Below the pieces are notes generated by a model that saw only the letters and a program-made list of their open reading frames with translations, made no database searches and was not told the origin of the DNA. A stretch of DNA of 63,594 bases, filler included, from Octopus bimaculoides (lineage: Eukaryota), in NCBI RefSeq assembly GCF_001194135.2. It is 7 parts of 6 records of this genome, joined end to end, with 100 filler letters (N's around TTAATTAATTAA, not from the genome) between each part and the next. Parts side by side here need not be neighbours in the genome. Positions count along the whole stretch, not along the records: positions 34,425 to 54,805 come from NC_068989.1; 6 more parts are not named here. The stretch is one strand, 5' to 3'. The position numbers and the translations under genes were made by a program. Every line of letters begins with the position of its first letter. Position 1 is the stretch's first letter. This document shows, one piece after another, positions 38,201-52,161 of this stretch.

Positions 38201-38727
38201 ATTTTACCACAAATCTAACTTCAGTGAGACGAGTCCCTCTGTATAACTCCCTTATACATTACTTTCACTAAAACATAGTCGACATATGGCATGAGCTTAT
38301 TTAATTAAATTCGTTTATCTTCCTTATCGTATGTTATCTTATTCTTCTGTCTTAACTCGTCATACAACGCATAATTCCTACAGCGACCAATTATATTTTT
38401 TCTCTACACCTAGCTTATAATTTATATATTACCCATTTAGATTAAACACTAGTTAAATTAAATTAAAATATTTATTTCATTTTATTTACTTATTTAATGT
38501 ATTAATTTTATCTTATTTTATCTTAATTCGTTATACTTCACTTTATTCGAATCTGACGATAACTTAATAATTTATTCACTCCCATGCTTTCAATACATTT
38601 TAAAAATATTTTATAGCTGAATCCATTTTAACCCGTTGAAATTAGCTCCTGATCTCTTTACTCCGCTACCCTATAACCTTCCAACCCCTTCTCCACTACA
38701 CACCATGTTGGACTCATTATGCTAAAC

Positions 38728-38890
38728 CAGTGCTCCGCAACCGGTATGCCGCGGCACACTAGTGTGCCTTGAGACGATGCTAGGTGTGCTGCAGTGTAAC
38801 CTGGATATAACTTTTTTCCCTATAATTTTAGCTATATTTCTAGTTCAGAATATAAGTGTAGCACAAGTGAAAAAAGGTTGCGGAGCACTC
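38728..38890. mobile_element. hAT (Charlie-like) MITE
   Basis: TIRs CAGTGCTCCGCAACC / GGTTGCGGAGCACTC; perfect 8-bp TSD TGCTAAAC; internal palindrome GGCACACTAGTGTGCC. Confidence 0.92.
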
Positions 38891-39085
38891 TGCTAAACTG
38901 TTATTGTCTGAAGACTCTCTATCTTGTTTGCAATCCTCAAACACGCCACCCCACTCCGTCTGATAATTCTAACCCACACTGGACGTCGTCACTACAGCTA
39001 CGTTCTTATCATTATACATGTGGTGTTTTTCATACCTTACCACTGAAACTCCCCTTCCCTACTTATTTCAGTATTCCCGTATTCC

Positions 39086-39218
<133 letters not shown>

Positions 39219-39708
39219 GAATAAGACTCTAGTAAAAAAAAAACCTATAGAATGTTATGCAAAGCTCGTCCACAGTTATTGGCTACCTGATGTCATCATA
39301 CAGTGGAAATAGTCCTGCTAGTGTATATACATCAGGAATCCCATAGTATCCATAGAGTTTATATAACTAGGTAAATGATAGAAAAGGGAACGAACGACAT
39401 TCTTTATTTTAAATCATTACAATTCTTTCGACAAATTTCTACACCTGTAGTACAGTGGTAAGATGTGTAATCATTATAATCCAGCTAAGGTATAAACGCA
39501 CCTACTCAGGTGATTGTTTAAATAAGTCCTTCGTTAGACCCCACCGTCATTTCACTCAGTGTGTGAGTGCATACTCAAAGTGACTTTCGACGTGCACTCA
39601 TCACAAAAGTCCTGACATCTGGCGTAATAAGACAAAAGAATTGAACGCATCGATACAGTAACATTGACTTCTTTGTTTATTATGGATTACTAACAGTCCC
39701 CGATAAGA

Positions 39709-39764
<56 letters not shown>

Positions 39765-39767
39765 GTT

Positions 39768-39812
<45 letters not shown>

Positions 39813-39817
39813 CTCTG

Positions 39818-39854
<37 letters not shown>

Positions 39855-41269
39855 ATATATATATATATATAAACACATACATATCTACATATACATATCT
39901 CCATTATAAACACATTATACATATCTACACACACACACATACACACACGTGTGTGTGTGTGTAGATATGTGTAATGTGTTTATATACTTAGGATCTTAGT
40001 GGTTTTCGTCACTCTATACAATTTTGTGCTAATTGTTTTCAAATTTGGTATATGGATTAGGTTTTGTATACTAATTATGAAAATGAAATTAATTTTTCCT
40101 ATAAATCCATAATTAAAAAGTTATTAGCCTTTAAAATTTTCAAAATTTGGGTATTTTAGCCAATCAGAAGCTTGTGTTCATTGCCATTGGTGTATGCCCT
40201 TAATATGCCAATATCATATAGTGTCTCTTGCGAAAGTTATCTTACTAGTTTATTGAATTCAGTGTAGTTAGGTTGAGGAGTGATGCATTTAAGCAGTTCT
40301 TGGGAATTTAACTGCTTCAGATTGACAACGTATTATTGACGGAACCTTTTAAATCAATTTGTGGTTAAAATAAACAACAAAAAGTTACATTTAGCCATAA
40401 CCAGAATTGAAAACTCCATCACATAACTTGTCTTTTTGCTTAAATTGATATCAACTACACGTAGTTTCCCCAGTGAAAGTAGTTATTACGAGGGCGTTGC
40501 ATTTCTTCAAAATATTTGGCGAAATTTCTAGTTGGTGGTAATCAAGTATAGCACTATTTCATTCTTTTCAGAAATAATCAGCATGATATAAACTGTGATT
40601 TATTAATTAAATATTAAACAAATATTATTTTCCGAAGTAAGACATTTCATTAAAGATAAAAAGAAACATAATCTGGAGGAGAATTCATGGAAATTAATAT
40701 CAACTCTCGTGTCAGCACCTCTACACGAATCAATTCTTCTAAAACTGTCGCTTTACTACTGAGTCTAGAAGACGATGGAAAGTGGAAAATGAAGCAGAGA
40801 AATGAAAGAGGTGATGACAGTATGTAAGTGGCAGAGAAATAAAAATGCGTGGGGTTGGTATGTGAGATGGGGAAAGAGAGAGGAGGAGAATGAGGGAGAG
40901 ACAAAAAGAGAGAAAGAGAGTAAAAGAGAGAGAAAAAGATTTTCAAAAATGAGGAGAAATAAATAGTGAAGGAGAGAGTTAAGGAGCAGTGAAAGAGAAT
41001 AACAACAATTACAGAGGTTTTACTGAGGAGAAGAGAGGTAGAATAGTAAAACACTGAGACTCGGCATTGTGGTGGTAGTGGAGAACAGGTGATAGCTAGA
41101 TACAAAGGAAAGGAGGAGAGGGAGGAGGGAGGAGTTGGACACACACACAATGTTCCTCACACATCCATATATACATATATATACAGTATATGCATGTATG
41201 TATATAGGTACGCGGGTGTGTATACATATGTATATGTATGTGTGTGGGGGGGTGAATATATATATATAT

Positions 41270-41470
41270 ATATGTAAAAACAAATAGTAAATGAGTATAT
41301 GCATATATACGTACAGGTATGTGCATACCAACATCCACCTGTATGTATAGGTGCATATCTGGGTACAGGACATTGCAAACAAAACAGAGACGAGAAAACA
41401 CACAAGCCACATAGAGAACATTCTACTTCATCAGCTACCCCCGTTTTAACACCGGCGTTTCGAAGAGCTG
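41270..41470 (-). mobile_element. repeat family E (PLE-terminus-like), copy 1
   Basis: Highly similar to 48905-49200; contains CTCTTCGAAACGCCGGTGTT..CTGATGAAG on the minus strand. Confidence 0.7.
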
Positions 41471-41585
41471 GGTAGTATATATNNNNNNNNNNNNNNNNNN
41501 NNNNNNNNNNNNNNNNNNNNNNNNNNNNNNNNNNNNNNNNNNNNNNNNNNNNNNNNNNNNNNNNNNNNNNNNNNNNNNNNNNNNN

Positions 41586-41912
41586 ATTCTTTGTAAGCCT
41601 AGTACTTATTCTATCGGTCTATTTTTGCCAAACCGCTAAGTGACGGGGACATAAACACACCAGCATTGGTTGTCAAGCAATGTTAGGGGGACAAACACAG
41701 ACACACAAACACACACACATATACATATATATATATATATACATATATACGACAGGCTTCTTTCAGTTTCCGTCTACCAAATCCACTCACAAGGCTTTGG
41801 TCGGCCCGAGGCTATAGTAGAAGACACTTGCCCAAGGTGCCACGCAGTGGGACTGAACCCGGAACCATGCGGTTGGTAAGCAAGCTACTTACCACACAGC
41901 CACTCCTGCGCC
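41586..41912 (-). mobile_element. SINE family A, 3' end in gap
   Basis: Reverse complement of 9419-9750. Confidence 0.92.
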
Positions 41913-42094
41913 TATATATGAGAGAGAGGGTGGGCGAGAGAGAATATAAAGCAAGTCAGGAGGTATGAGACGAATATATTTATTTCACCAGTTGACATCC
42001 ATAGATGACGGCCGTTTCGCAGCCAACATCATGCAAAAATGATTTATTTTGGTGTAAAATAAATTATTTTGCTCTAGTATGCACTAGTATATAT

Positions 42095-42235
42095 ATATAT
42101 ACGACGGGCTTCTTTCAGTCTTTGTCTACCAAATCCACTTACAAGGCTTTGGTCTGCCTGAGGCTACAGTTGAAGACACTTACCCAAGGTACCACGCAGT
42201 GGGACTGAATTCGGAAGCATGTGGTTGGGAAGCCA
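42095..42235 (-). mobile_element. SINE family A, 5' half
   Basis: ACGACGGGCTTCTTTCAG..CCACGCAGTGGGACTGAA. Confidence 0.8.
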
Positions 42236-42698
42236 CGGGACAAACGAATAGAAAAGGCATTCAGCTCATTTAGTTGGAGTTACATGTATTATTATTTAAA
42301 AGTTTGGTTCGGTTGCATGCGACTTGAAGTTTCATAGTCTTCTCACAGAACCTAGCTCGTTCGGGATCACATTACCGAATGGAGTAGCATAAGAAGTCAA
42401 AGATGGCTACTAGAATATAGGTAGCTGTTATTGATCAAGGCAGATAACATGGTGTTTTCAGAGTAAGAACGACGATTCAGCGACGACAGTTCCGTTAGAA
42501 GGTGGAATTTCTTAGACTGCATGACTGGACTGGAAGCTATTCATGTCTATGTGTCTATGTGTCGGGAAATCTTAATCACTTTCCTCGCTTTCAATCCGTG
42601 CTAAAGGAGCAAGTAACTGTAGTTCTTAGAGTCATTTAGCGCTTATTTCTAGTATGTGACGCTATTCATTAGTGCCCTTATTATTATAATTGTATAAT

Positions 42699-42738
<40 letters not shown>

Positions 42739-42888
42739 NNNNNNNNNNNNNNNNNNNNNNNNNNNNNNNNNNNNNNNNNNNNNNNNNNNNNNNNNNNNNN
42801 NNNNNNNNNNNNNNNNNNNNNNNNNNNNNNNNNNNNNNNNNNNNNNNNNNNNNNNNNNNNNNNNNNNNNNNNNNNNNNNNNNNNNNNN

Positions 42889-42931
<43 letters not shown>

Positions 42932-43509
42932 TTATATATATATATGATGCTTATAATGGAGATGAAATTTAGTATTTTCTGAAATATATTTTTATATGAA
43001 GATAAAAGCTAATTATCTACTAAATATTTGCAAACAACAAGATTAAATTATATTACGTATTATGGCTATATAAATGACGAAATACCATTCTGTTTTCTAT
43101 ACAACACAAAGAATAATGTGATGTACATTGATATAGTATCAACTAAGGTGGACGAACAAAGCAAGGAATGGATAAGCAAATTATTACCAAAGACCCAAGC
43201 TCTGGCACGCCGCTGCGATTGATGAAAAGGATTGGTTGGTGTACATCATGTCCAGAGAGTGTCTTTACAACACCATTGAATGTTAAAGGCGCAATTAAGC
43301 AACGATCATTTTGAAGTGTCGTGGCTCGAGTCCAACTGCACTGTTAGGTAAGTCATAACTTGTCTGATGACATTGTGAAAACGCAGGCGAAAATCCGGAA
43401 TAGCAAGGGACTGACAGGACAAAATATAAAATTACTACCCTCCACTAAGCTACTGAATACTCTTTCTTCTGACATTCGTCACTAAAACACACACACACAC
43501 ACACATATA

Positions 43510-43690
43510 GGTCAAATTTACAGAAAACGTAAGACGAGGACAGGTGAGGGAACAACAAGCAGGTGTATTAGCTTGATGCTCGGGAAGAATGGGAAAGTCT
43601 TTGACGTCTCGAGCCTACGCTCTTCGACAGAAAGGACTAAGAGGGGGGGGGGAATGGAGAAAGAANNNNNNNNNNAGAAAGGACTAAGAG
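43510..43690 (-). mobile_element. repeat family D copy
   Basis: Reverse complement CTGTCGAAGAGCGTAGGCTCGAGACGTCAAAGAC. Confidence 0.75.
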
Positions 43691-43911
43691 GGGGGGGGGA
43701 ATGGAGAAAGAACGAAAACGAAAACGGAGAGAAAAAATGCGTAGGGTGTGACGGTTTAACATGATGAAATGACTGGAAGAAAGAGGCTGAGTGAAAGAGA
43801 GATACTAACGATAACCCGGCTGAACTAGGGTGCGCAAGCACGTGTGTGTAAGTTAGAAAGGTGTGTGTGAGTGTATACGTGAATTTGAGTGAGCGCGTGT
43901 GGGAGAGTTTA

Positions 43912-43973
<62 letters not shown>

Positions 43974-43993
43974 NNNNNNNNNNNNNNNNNNNN

Positions 43994-44052
<59 letters not shown>

Positions 44053-46089
44053 CACACAGTCATAAGTAGTTAGATGGAGAGATGAAATAGAGAAAAGAAG
44101 AGAAAAAGAAATGAGAGAAGAAGGGTGAAAGGAAGTAGTATCCATTCAAACCGGAAATTACTATTAGATTGAAATGTTCTAAAGGATATGGGTTGGACAG
44201 ACATTTTCCACGAGAAGAATGTAAATTGAATTGACACGAGATTATATCATATTAGATAGGAGACGTAAAGAAGGAGTATATANNNNNNNNNNNNNNNNNN
44301 NNNNNNNNNNNNNNNNNNNNNNNNNNNNNNNNNNNNNNNNNNNNNNNNNNNNNNNNNNNNNNNNNNNNNNNNNNNNNNNNNNNNNNNNNNNNNNNNNNNN
44401 NNNNNNNNNNNNNNNNNNNNNNNNNNNNNNNNNNNNNNNNNNNNNNNNNNNNNNNNNNNNNNNNNNNNNNNNNNNNNNNNNNNNNNNNNNNNNNNNNNNN
44501 NNNNNNNNNNNNNNNNNNNNNNNNNNNNNNNNNNNNNNNNNNNNNNNNNNNNNNNNNNNNNNNNNNNNNNNNNNNNNNNNNNNNNNNNNNNNNNNNNNNN
44601 NNNNNNNNNNNNNNNNNNNNNNNNNNNNNNNNNNNNNNNNNNNNNNNNNNNNNNNNNNNNNNNNNNNNNNNNNNNNNNNNNNNNNNNNNNNNNNNNNNNN
44701 NNNNNNNNNNNNNNNNNNNNNNNNNNNNNNNNNNNNNNNNNNNNNNNNNNNNNNNNNNNNNNNNNNNNNNNNNNNNNNNNNNNNNNNNNNNNNNNNNNNN
44801 NNNNNNNNNNNNNNNNNNNNNNNNNNNNNNNNNNNNNNNNNNNNNNNNNNNNNNNNNNNNNNNNNNNNNNNNNNNNNNNNNNNNNNNNNNNNNNNNNNNN
44901 NNNNNNNNNNNNNNNNNNNNNNNNNNNNNNNNNNNNNNNNNNNNNNNNNNNNNNNNNNNNNNNNNNNNNNNNNNNNNNNNNNNNNNNNNNNNNNNNNNNN
45001 NNNNNNNNNNNNNNNNNNNNNNNNCTTCTTCCCTTAACAGTTCTCTGTCTGTTATTCTCTCTCCCTCACTCTTCCTCCTTTGCTCACGTGGATCCCACGT
45101 GACCATCGACCATTTTTCTTTCTTTTCCTAGCTTGTGTTTCTTTCTTCCTGTTGCAGCTGGACAAAGAAGACGTTTTTTTTTTTTGTTTGTCTCCTGTCC
45201 AAGCTTATTTAATTAATTAAGCAAGGTGAGGGTAAGAGTGAGTTTACAGCTGTTTCTGTGTACCAAAGTTGAGGTAAATAGGTGTTTACCTCGTTGCAAA
45301 TGGTAGACGTCATCAGAACGAAGAAGGCAGAGATATACAAAGAGGGGAATAGAGCGAAAGATAGAGGGCGGAATCGGAAAAGAAAAAGTTCAATGATTCG
45401 AAAGACTTACATTTTAGTTGTGTTCAAAGTTCATTAAATTCAGTGTGAGGTAGTTGAAGAATAGAGGACGGTTATATGTATACATATGTATATCTCTATA
45501 TGTAAATATATACATTTATATGTGCATGTATACATACAAACATACATATAGCACAGAGAGAGGGAAGGCAGGAAGTGAGAGATAGGAGAGAGAAATGCAT
45601 GGTAGATCGATTGATCGAATTAATGATATGCACAATGCATAGTGATAGATAGAAAATAAAAGAGGGGGAGACAGACAGACAGACAGACAGAAAAACAGAG
45701 ATACACAGAACTAGTAAGGGTATTCTGATGCCTATTAAATGCTGTCTGTTTACAACAACAACAACAAAAAACACCTACGTCGTATGTAAATGGCAGAAGT
45801 GTCTAGAATGTTCTACATACTAGATCTTTGATATTTTATACCCAAATCCTTTAATTGCAGTCAGCTGCCCCCAATAATTTTCGCATGTGTGGAGAGCCTA
45901 CATGCGTGCGAATGTTTACATTATATATCCACAAATATGTTAATGTACACGAAGAAGGGATGATGTGAGTGTCGTGTGTAAATGGATATATTCATTAGTT
46001 TACGAGTAAAATACGAGAATATCACCATTCCGAAAAATACTAATAGGGCTATACATACGTATATAGATATGTACGAACACACACACACG

Positions 46090-46128
<39 letters not shown>

Positions 46129-46187
46129 AGTATGTACGTACATACATACCTACTTACGTACATACATACATACATACGTACATACAT

Positions 46188-46222
<35 letters not shown>

Positions 46223-46226
46223 TATA

Positions 46227-46516
46227 GGGGTGCTGAAACGTTCCTAATTTTTAGTAAAAAGAAAAGATATAGGAAGATCAGTTAATTATGATTTTATTNN
46301 NNNNNNNNNNNNNNNNNNNNNNNNTAATTTTTAGTAAAAAAAAAAGATATAGGAAGATCAGTTAATTATGATTTTATTCAACATATTCCCCTCTCACAAT
46401 CGCACACTTATTGCAGTGATTTTCTAAGCCCTGTAAAAGAACCCGGAAGGTCGAGCCTCCAACCAGGCCTTTCGTGACACCCTTAACGCCAGGAACTTTT
46501 CAGCATCACCACCCCG
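46227..46516. mobile_element. mariner-type MITE
   Basis: Imperfect TIRs GGGGTGCTGAAACGTTCC / GGAACTTTTCAGCA..CCCCG, TA on both sides. Confidence 0.75.
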
Positions 46517-46579
46517 TACATTCATTCGTGGATCCGTACGTAGCGCGCTCACGCACACATACTTGTTGAGAGAGGAAAG

Positions 46580-46616
<37 letters not shown>

Positions 46617-46699
46617 AGAAAGACTAAAATATGCAAAATACAAAAAGTCAAAACTGTTTCACGATCAAAATTAGTGTAACCCTTAAAGGTATGAAAACA

Positions 46700-47070
46700 G
46701 TAAGTTTGACGTTTCAGACATTATCCTTCTTCAGATCTGGATGTAAAGTGGACGACAGAAGTAGGGGGAAATAATATAGTAGATAATTAATAAATAATAA
46801 GAGCACTGAAGGTCAACGATTCGTGTAAAATTTTCTAGTCATCCGGGTTGCCTGGATCTAAGTAGGGGACGTCTACTCTCCGGAACATTTCTGTGTCAGG
46901 AATCTTATCTTGCTGAGAACTCTCCTTAAACAGCTCATGAGGAAACCTTTCGGAATTCTTTCTTGACTTGAATATATTCAGAACTAATCGCAGCAAAATA
47001 ACCTTCACGACTACATTAAATGCGGTTTTATGAATTTCACCAGTTGCTATTGTAATTATCTCAGGCAAAG
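46700..47070 (-). mobile_element. Penelope-like fragment (RT-endonuclease linker) followed by a degenerate hammerhead motif
   Basis: LNIFKSRKNSERFPHELF..RVDVPYL resembles L...F..NGYP...I..LPY; CUGAAGA-AGGAUAAUGUCU-GAAAC-GUC at 46734-46708. Confidence 0.45.
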
Positions 47071-47486
47071 GTTAAATTATTTCCATAACGATTAAATTAT
47101 TTGCCAGTCGTGACTCTGTAATCCGTCACAATTGATTGATTGATTAGCCGAATGATTAATCAAATAATCGCTTAATTAGTTGGTTAAACAGCTAACAAAT
47201 TGACGAATGCTAAAGAATAGGAAGTGAACCAGTGAGTGTGTTTATTATTAGCATAATGACCCTCTCGAGATACAACAAAACGTTCATATTTCTTTCATTC
47301 TTACATCGTCTTCCGTCAGCATTTAGTCAACGATGAGACACCTCATCAACCAATTCAATGTTTCTCATAGAAACAGCGAATAGTATCAGATTTCATTCGA
47401 TATCTACAAGTGACCAATGGCCCGGACAAGTATTCAAATACATAATATAACTAGAGAGAGGTCAATCAATTTGTAAATGACATAAT

Positions 47487-47840
47487 GTTGTTGGCACTTC
47501 GTCGCTTACGACGTCGAGGGTTCCAGTTGATCCGATCAACGGAACACCCTGCTCGTGAAATTAACGTGTAAGTGGCTGAGCACTCCACAGACACGTGTAG
47601 CCTCTCGGGGATATTCAGCGTGACACAGTGTGACAAGGCTGACCCTTTGAATTACAGGCACAACAGAAACAGGAAGTAAGAGTGAGAGAAAGTTGTGGTG
47701 AAAGAGTACAGCAGTGTTCGCCACCATCCCCTGCCGGAGCCTCGCTTAATAAACACTCACAACGCCCGGTCTGGGAATCGAAACCGCGATCCTATGACCG
47801 TGAGTCCGCTGCCCTAACCACTGGACCATTGCGCCTCCAC
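47487..47840 (-). mobile_element. SINE family C, near full length
   Basis: tRNA-like head (TGGTCCAGTGGTTAG; GGTTTCGATTCCC); perfect 12-bp TSD AAATGACATAAT at 47475-47486 and 47841-47852. Confidence 0.95.
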
Positions 47841-48389
47841 AAATGACATAATAAATATAATGGAATGACTCCAAAACTGAAATGATAAACAAATAAAATA
47901 GATTAGTTTTTTTTTAAATGGGTTGTGGTTAGGGAATGAAATAAAACAATACCTATTATGAATGCAAGACGTTTTTAAAAGCCGTGTAATAATGGATTGT
48001 GCCACACTTTAATGGTTAGTCGTGATGTATGTTCGAGATTGATTATATATTTTCAATAAGTGCCGTGACGTTAACTAAACTGTGAGGAAATGAAACAAAA
48101 ACTGGATGTAAGGAAACATTAGTTAAAAGTGCATTAACCGAGTAGCCATCTCATACAAGTGAAACATTACGTATTAATACGAGATAGTTATCTTAAGAAA
48201 GCAGACGGTAAGCGTTGCTAAGTTATCGCTCCTTGTTATCGTCTGCTTCAAGCGGTAACATGGTGGTGACAGGGGAATGACAATGTACACAGAACCCTTT
48301 TAAGTTGATTAACATCTGATTCATGTATATTTGATACTGTTGTTTATATCTTGTTCACTTGCTGCTGCTTCTGATATTTATCTCTTACC

Positions 48390-48500
48390 GTCCCCACTCC
48401 CATGGTTGCAGCACGATTTCGAGTGATGCCATTTCTTGATCGACCTCATAATCGTGAGCAGCGCGGATGTGGCTTTTCAGTCCTACTAGGGACTTACATA
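48390..48500 (-). mobile_element. RTE LINE extreme C-terminal zinc-knuckle remnant
   Basis: VCKSLVGLKSHIRAAH resembles C.SR.GL.SH.R.H. Confidence 0.5.
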
Positions 48501-48501
48501 C

Positions 48502-48677
48502 ATGCAAGCATGGTTGTGTGGTAAGAATCTTGCTTCCCAACCACATGGTTTCGGGTTCAGTCCTACTGCGAGGCACCTTCGACAAGTGTCTTCTACTATA
48601 GCCTTGGACCGACCAAAGCCTTGTGAGTGGATTTGGTAGTGGGAAACTGAAAGAAGCTCGTTGTATATTCGCATATA

Positions 48678-48720
<43 letters not shown>

Positions 48721-48905
48721 ACCATCGCTTGACAACCGATGTTGGTGTGTCAATATCCCCGTTACTTAGTGGTTCGGCAAAGAAACCGATAGAATAAGTA
48801 CTAAGCCTACAATGAATAAGTCTTGAGGTCGATTTGTTCTACTAAAGGCAGTTCTCCAGCATGGCCGTAGTCAAATGACTGAAACAAGTAAAAGAATAAA
48901 AGAAT
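48502..48905 (+). mobile_element. SINE family A, full length
   Basis: Colinear with 9419-9840. Confidence 0.92.
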
Positions 48906-49200
48906 ATATATAACAAATAATAAATGAGTATATGCATATATACGTACAAGTATGTGCATACCTACATCTACCTGTATATATAGGTGCATATCTGGGTACA
49001 AGACGTTGCAAACAAAACAGACAAAAAAAAATAATAACCAGAGTACAGAAAACACAGGCCACATAGAGAACATTTTCCTTCATCAGCTGCCACCATTCTA
49101 ACACAGGCGTTTCGAAGAGTTAGGGCAGGACGCATCGTTAAAATGGCTCTTCTTACGGACCACAAATTAAATTTGTACTATGGAGGAATATAGTGGCGGA
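48905..49200 (-). mobile_element. repeat family E, copy 2
   Basis: Similar to 41270-41470; GAAGAG..CTCTTC stem followed by GAAAC. Confidence 0.7.
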
Positions 49201-49729
49201 CAGAAAACAAGACAGGAAAACAAACGGAAAATGCTATAAGGCCAGACGTGAAAAATTATGTGTGTATGTATATATATATATTAATTTTTCTATATGTGAT
49301 AGTGGATTTTCATCGATGAGTTCTTGAAAATTGGTTATTTTCCCTAAAACTATATATTATATATATATATATATCCTCCTACTGCTCCCCGCTCTCTTTC
49401 TGTCTTTCACTTACACTTTTACACTTTCTCTTTCACTCTGTCCTGTGTCAATATCCTTTTACATACACGTACCAATATGCTTACGATTCCACATTTCAAT
49501 TTATAACTATTTTTGACCTTCACCCTTCTCGCTACATCTCTAATAAAGCGCGCACAAACACACACACACGCACAAACACACACACACACGCACAAACACA
49601 CTCCATCTCTCTCTCATTTATGATTGTCCATACTTTTCTGACCAAACAAGTCTTTCTACCTCATGCTTAAACGCTCTTCTAGCCTACCCTGCCCCTTTAT
49701 ATATTTTCTGTCCTCGACTGCTCTCTATC

Positions 49730-49896
<167 letters not shown>

Positions 49897-50369
49897 GAAA
49901 CTACAATAGTGTTTAAAAATTTTTTTCCATTCTCACCAAATGGTATAGTAACAAGGACTGCATCTATGCTTCTATACTGGGCTTCTTTGACAGGAGGAGG
50001 GGCAACAAGGAAGAAATAATGTGTATAACGGAGCCTGCATCCAAATGAATTCTGCTAAAGGGTATGCAGATCCAGACAACAATATGAAACAGAATTGGGG
50101 GTGGCATAGGGTGAATTTGCTTGTTTTGGTTAATCCTTCGGTCAATGAGTCAATCAGCTAGATTTGTCTTAGTCCTTTTGTCACCGTTACTGAGGAATCA
50201 GGTGGACAGGCCTGAGGTAGATTCGAGTAGAGAAGGTATGTCATTGATGAGGTCGCAAACGGCGACGGAAGGACTTTGATAAACCTACGTGATTGATTGA
50301 CCGAACGATTGCTCAAAGAATCGAGTAGTTAATTCGTTAAATGTTATCGAATTATCTAATGATATTGGT

Positions 50370-50582
50370 CTCAAATTTTGGCTCAAGGCCAGTAAGTTCG
50401 GAGGAGAGGTTCTGTTGAGTACAGCGACTCAGTGCTCAACTGGTACCGATTTTATCGACCCTGAAAGGATGAATGGCAAACAGTAACCTCGGTGGAATTT
50501 AATCTCAGAGCATAAAGATGGACGAAATGCCTAGCGGCATTTCGACCGGCGTGCCAACGATTCTGCCAACTAGCCGCCTTAA
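50370..50582 (-). mobile_element. SINE family B
   Basis: CAACTGGTACCGATTTTATCGACCCTGAAAGGATG..CGGCATTTCGACCGGCGTGCCAACG. Confidence 0.8.
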
Positions 50583-50706
50583 AAGAAGAGCATCACTCAA
50601 GGAAACAATGTACTGTTCGGTCCAGATATTCAACCAACGATCCCTTGATCGTGCGCCGTAATACATAACCATTAGGCCAGGAGCATTAAAATAAGTGAAA
50701 CAGGAT

Positions 50707-50765
<59 letters not shown>

Positions 50766-51298
50766 NNNNNNNNNNNNNNNNNNNNNNNNNNNNNNNNNNN
50801 NNNNNNNNNNNNNNNNNNNNNNNNNNNNNNNNNNNNNNNNNNNNNNNNNNNNNNNNNNNNNNNNNNNNNNNNNNNNNNNNNNNNNNNNNNNNNNNNNNNN
50901 NNNNNNNNNNNNNNNNNNNNNNNNNNNNNNNNNNNNNNNNNNNNNNNNNNNNNNNNNNNNNNNNNNNNNNNNNNNNNNNNNNNNNNNNNNNNNNNNNNNN
51001 NNNNNNNNNNNNNNNNNNNNNNNNNNNNNNNNNNNNNNNNNNNNNNNNNNNNNNNNNNNNNNNNNNNNNNNNNNNNNNNNNNNNNNNNNNNNNNNNNNNN
51101 NNNNNNNNNNNNNNNNNNNNNNNNNNNNNNNNNNNNNNNNNNNNNNNNNNNNNNNNNNNNNNNNNNNNNNNNNNNNNNNNNNNNNNNNNNNNNNNNNNNN
51201 NNNNNNNNNNNNNNNNNNNNNNNNNNNNNNNNNNNNNNNNNNNNNNNNNNNNNNNNNNNNNNNNNNNNNNNNNNNNNNNNNNNNNNNNNNNNNNNNNC

Positions 51299-51335
<37 letters not shown>

Positions 51336-51862
51336 CCACAGCTGATGCTGCTGCCGTCGCCGCCCATTTTGTCGTTATTTAAAATTTCAAAATCACTCCA
51401 GTCGCCGCGGCCATTCTATGTTCATTTCAGATTTGGTATCTCATTATGGAATGATGTGAAGGAAGTTTTGGCTGCTATTTCTAGTTGGTAAATTAAACAC
51501 GTAGAATCTTCCTAGCTCGACCGGATATAATAGGCAATGTCTTTTTGTGAATGATATCAAAATTAGGTTATAGCAATTAACAATTACACTAGCTTAACAG
51601 TATTCCGAAGCGGGGTGCTTCATAAATCATCAATTAACAGAGCCAATCACCGGTCACTTAGCATTTATTAATTAGAACATACTATTTGAGCCAACTAGCC
51701 TATACACATGCATTCATAACATATACACACGCCTATATGCAATTATAACATATACAACATGTATACACAAGCCCATATACATACATACTTACATACGTAC
51801 ATGTATACATATGCGTACATATGTACATAAATCTATACACGTATGTGTGTGTGTGAGTGTTT

Positions 51863-52096
51863 CTTATTTCTTTATTGCCCACAAGAGGCTAAACATAGAG
51901 GGGACAAACAAGGACAGACAAAGGGATTAAGTCGATTACATCGACCCCCCAGTGCGTAACTGGTACTTCATTTATCGACCCCGAAAAGATGAAAGGCAAA
52001 GTCGATCTCGGCGGAATTTGAACTCAGAACATAACGGCAGACGAAATACCCAAAGCATTTTGCCCGGCGTGCTAACGTTTCTGCCAGCTCGCCGCC

Positions 52097-52098
<2 letters not shown>
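51863..52098 (-). mobile_element. SINE family B, full length, lying within (TG)n
   Basis: Colinear with 25623-25852. Confidence 0.92.

Positions 52099-52161
<63 letters not shown>

Noticed and set aside
46243-46378. ~55-bp direct repeat across a 25-N gap; likewise ~36 bp across the gap at 43666-43675
   Set aside because: Overlapping contig ends left unmerged, not real duplications.
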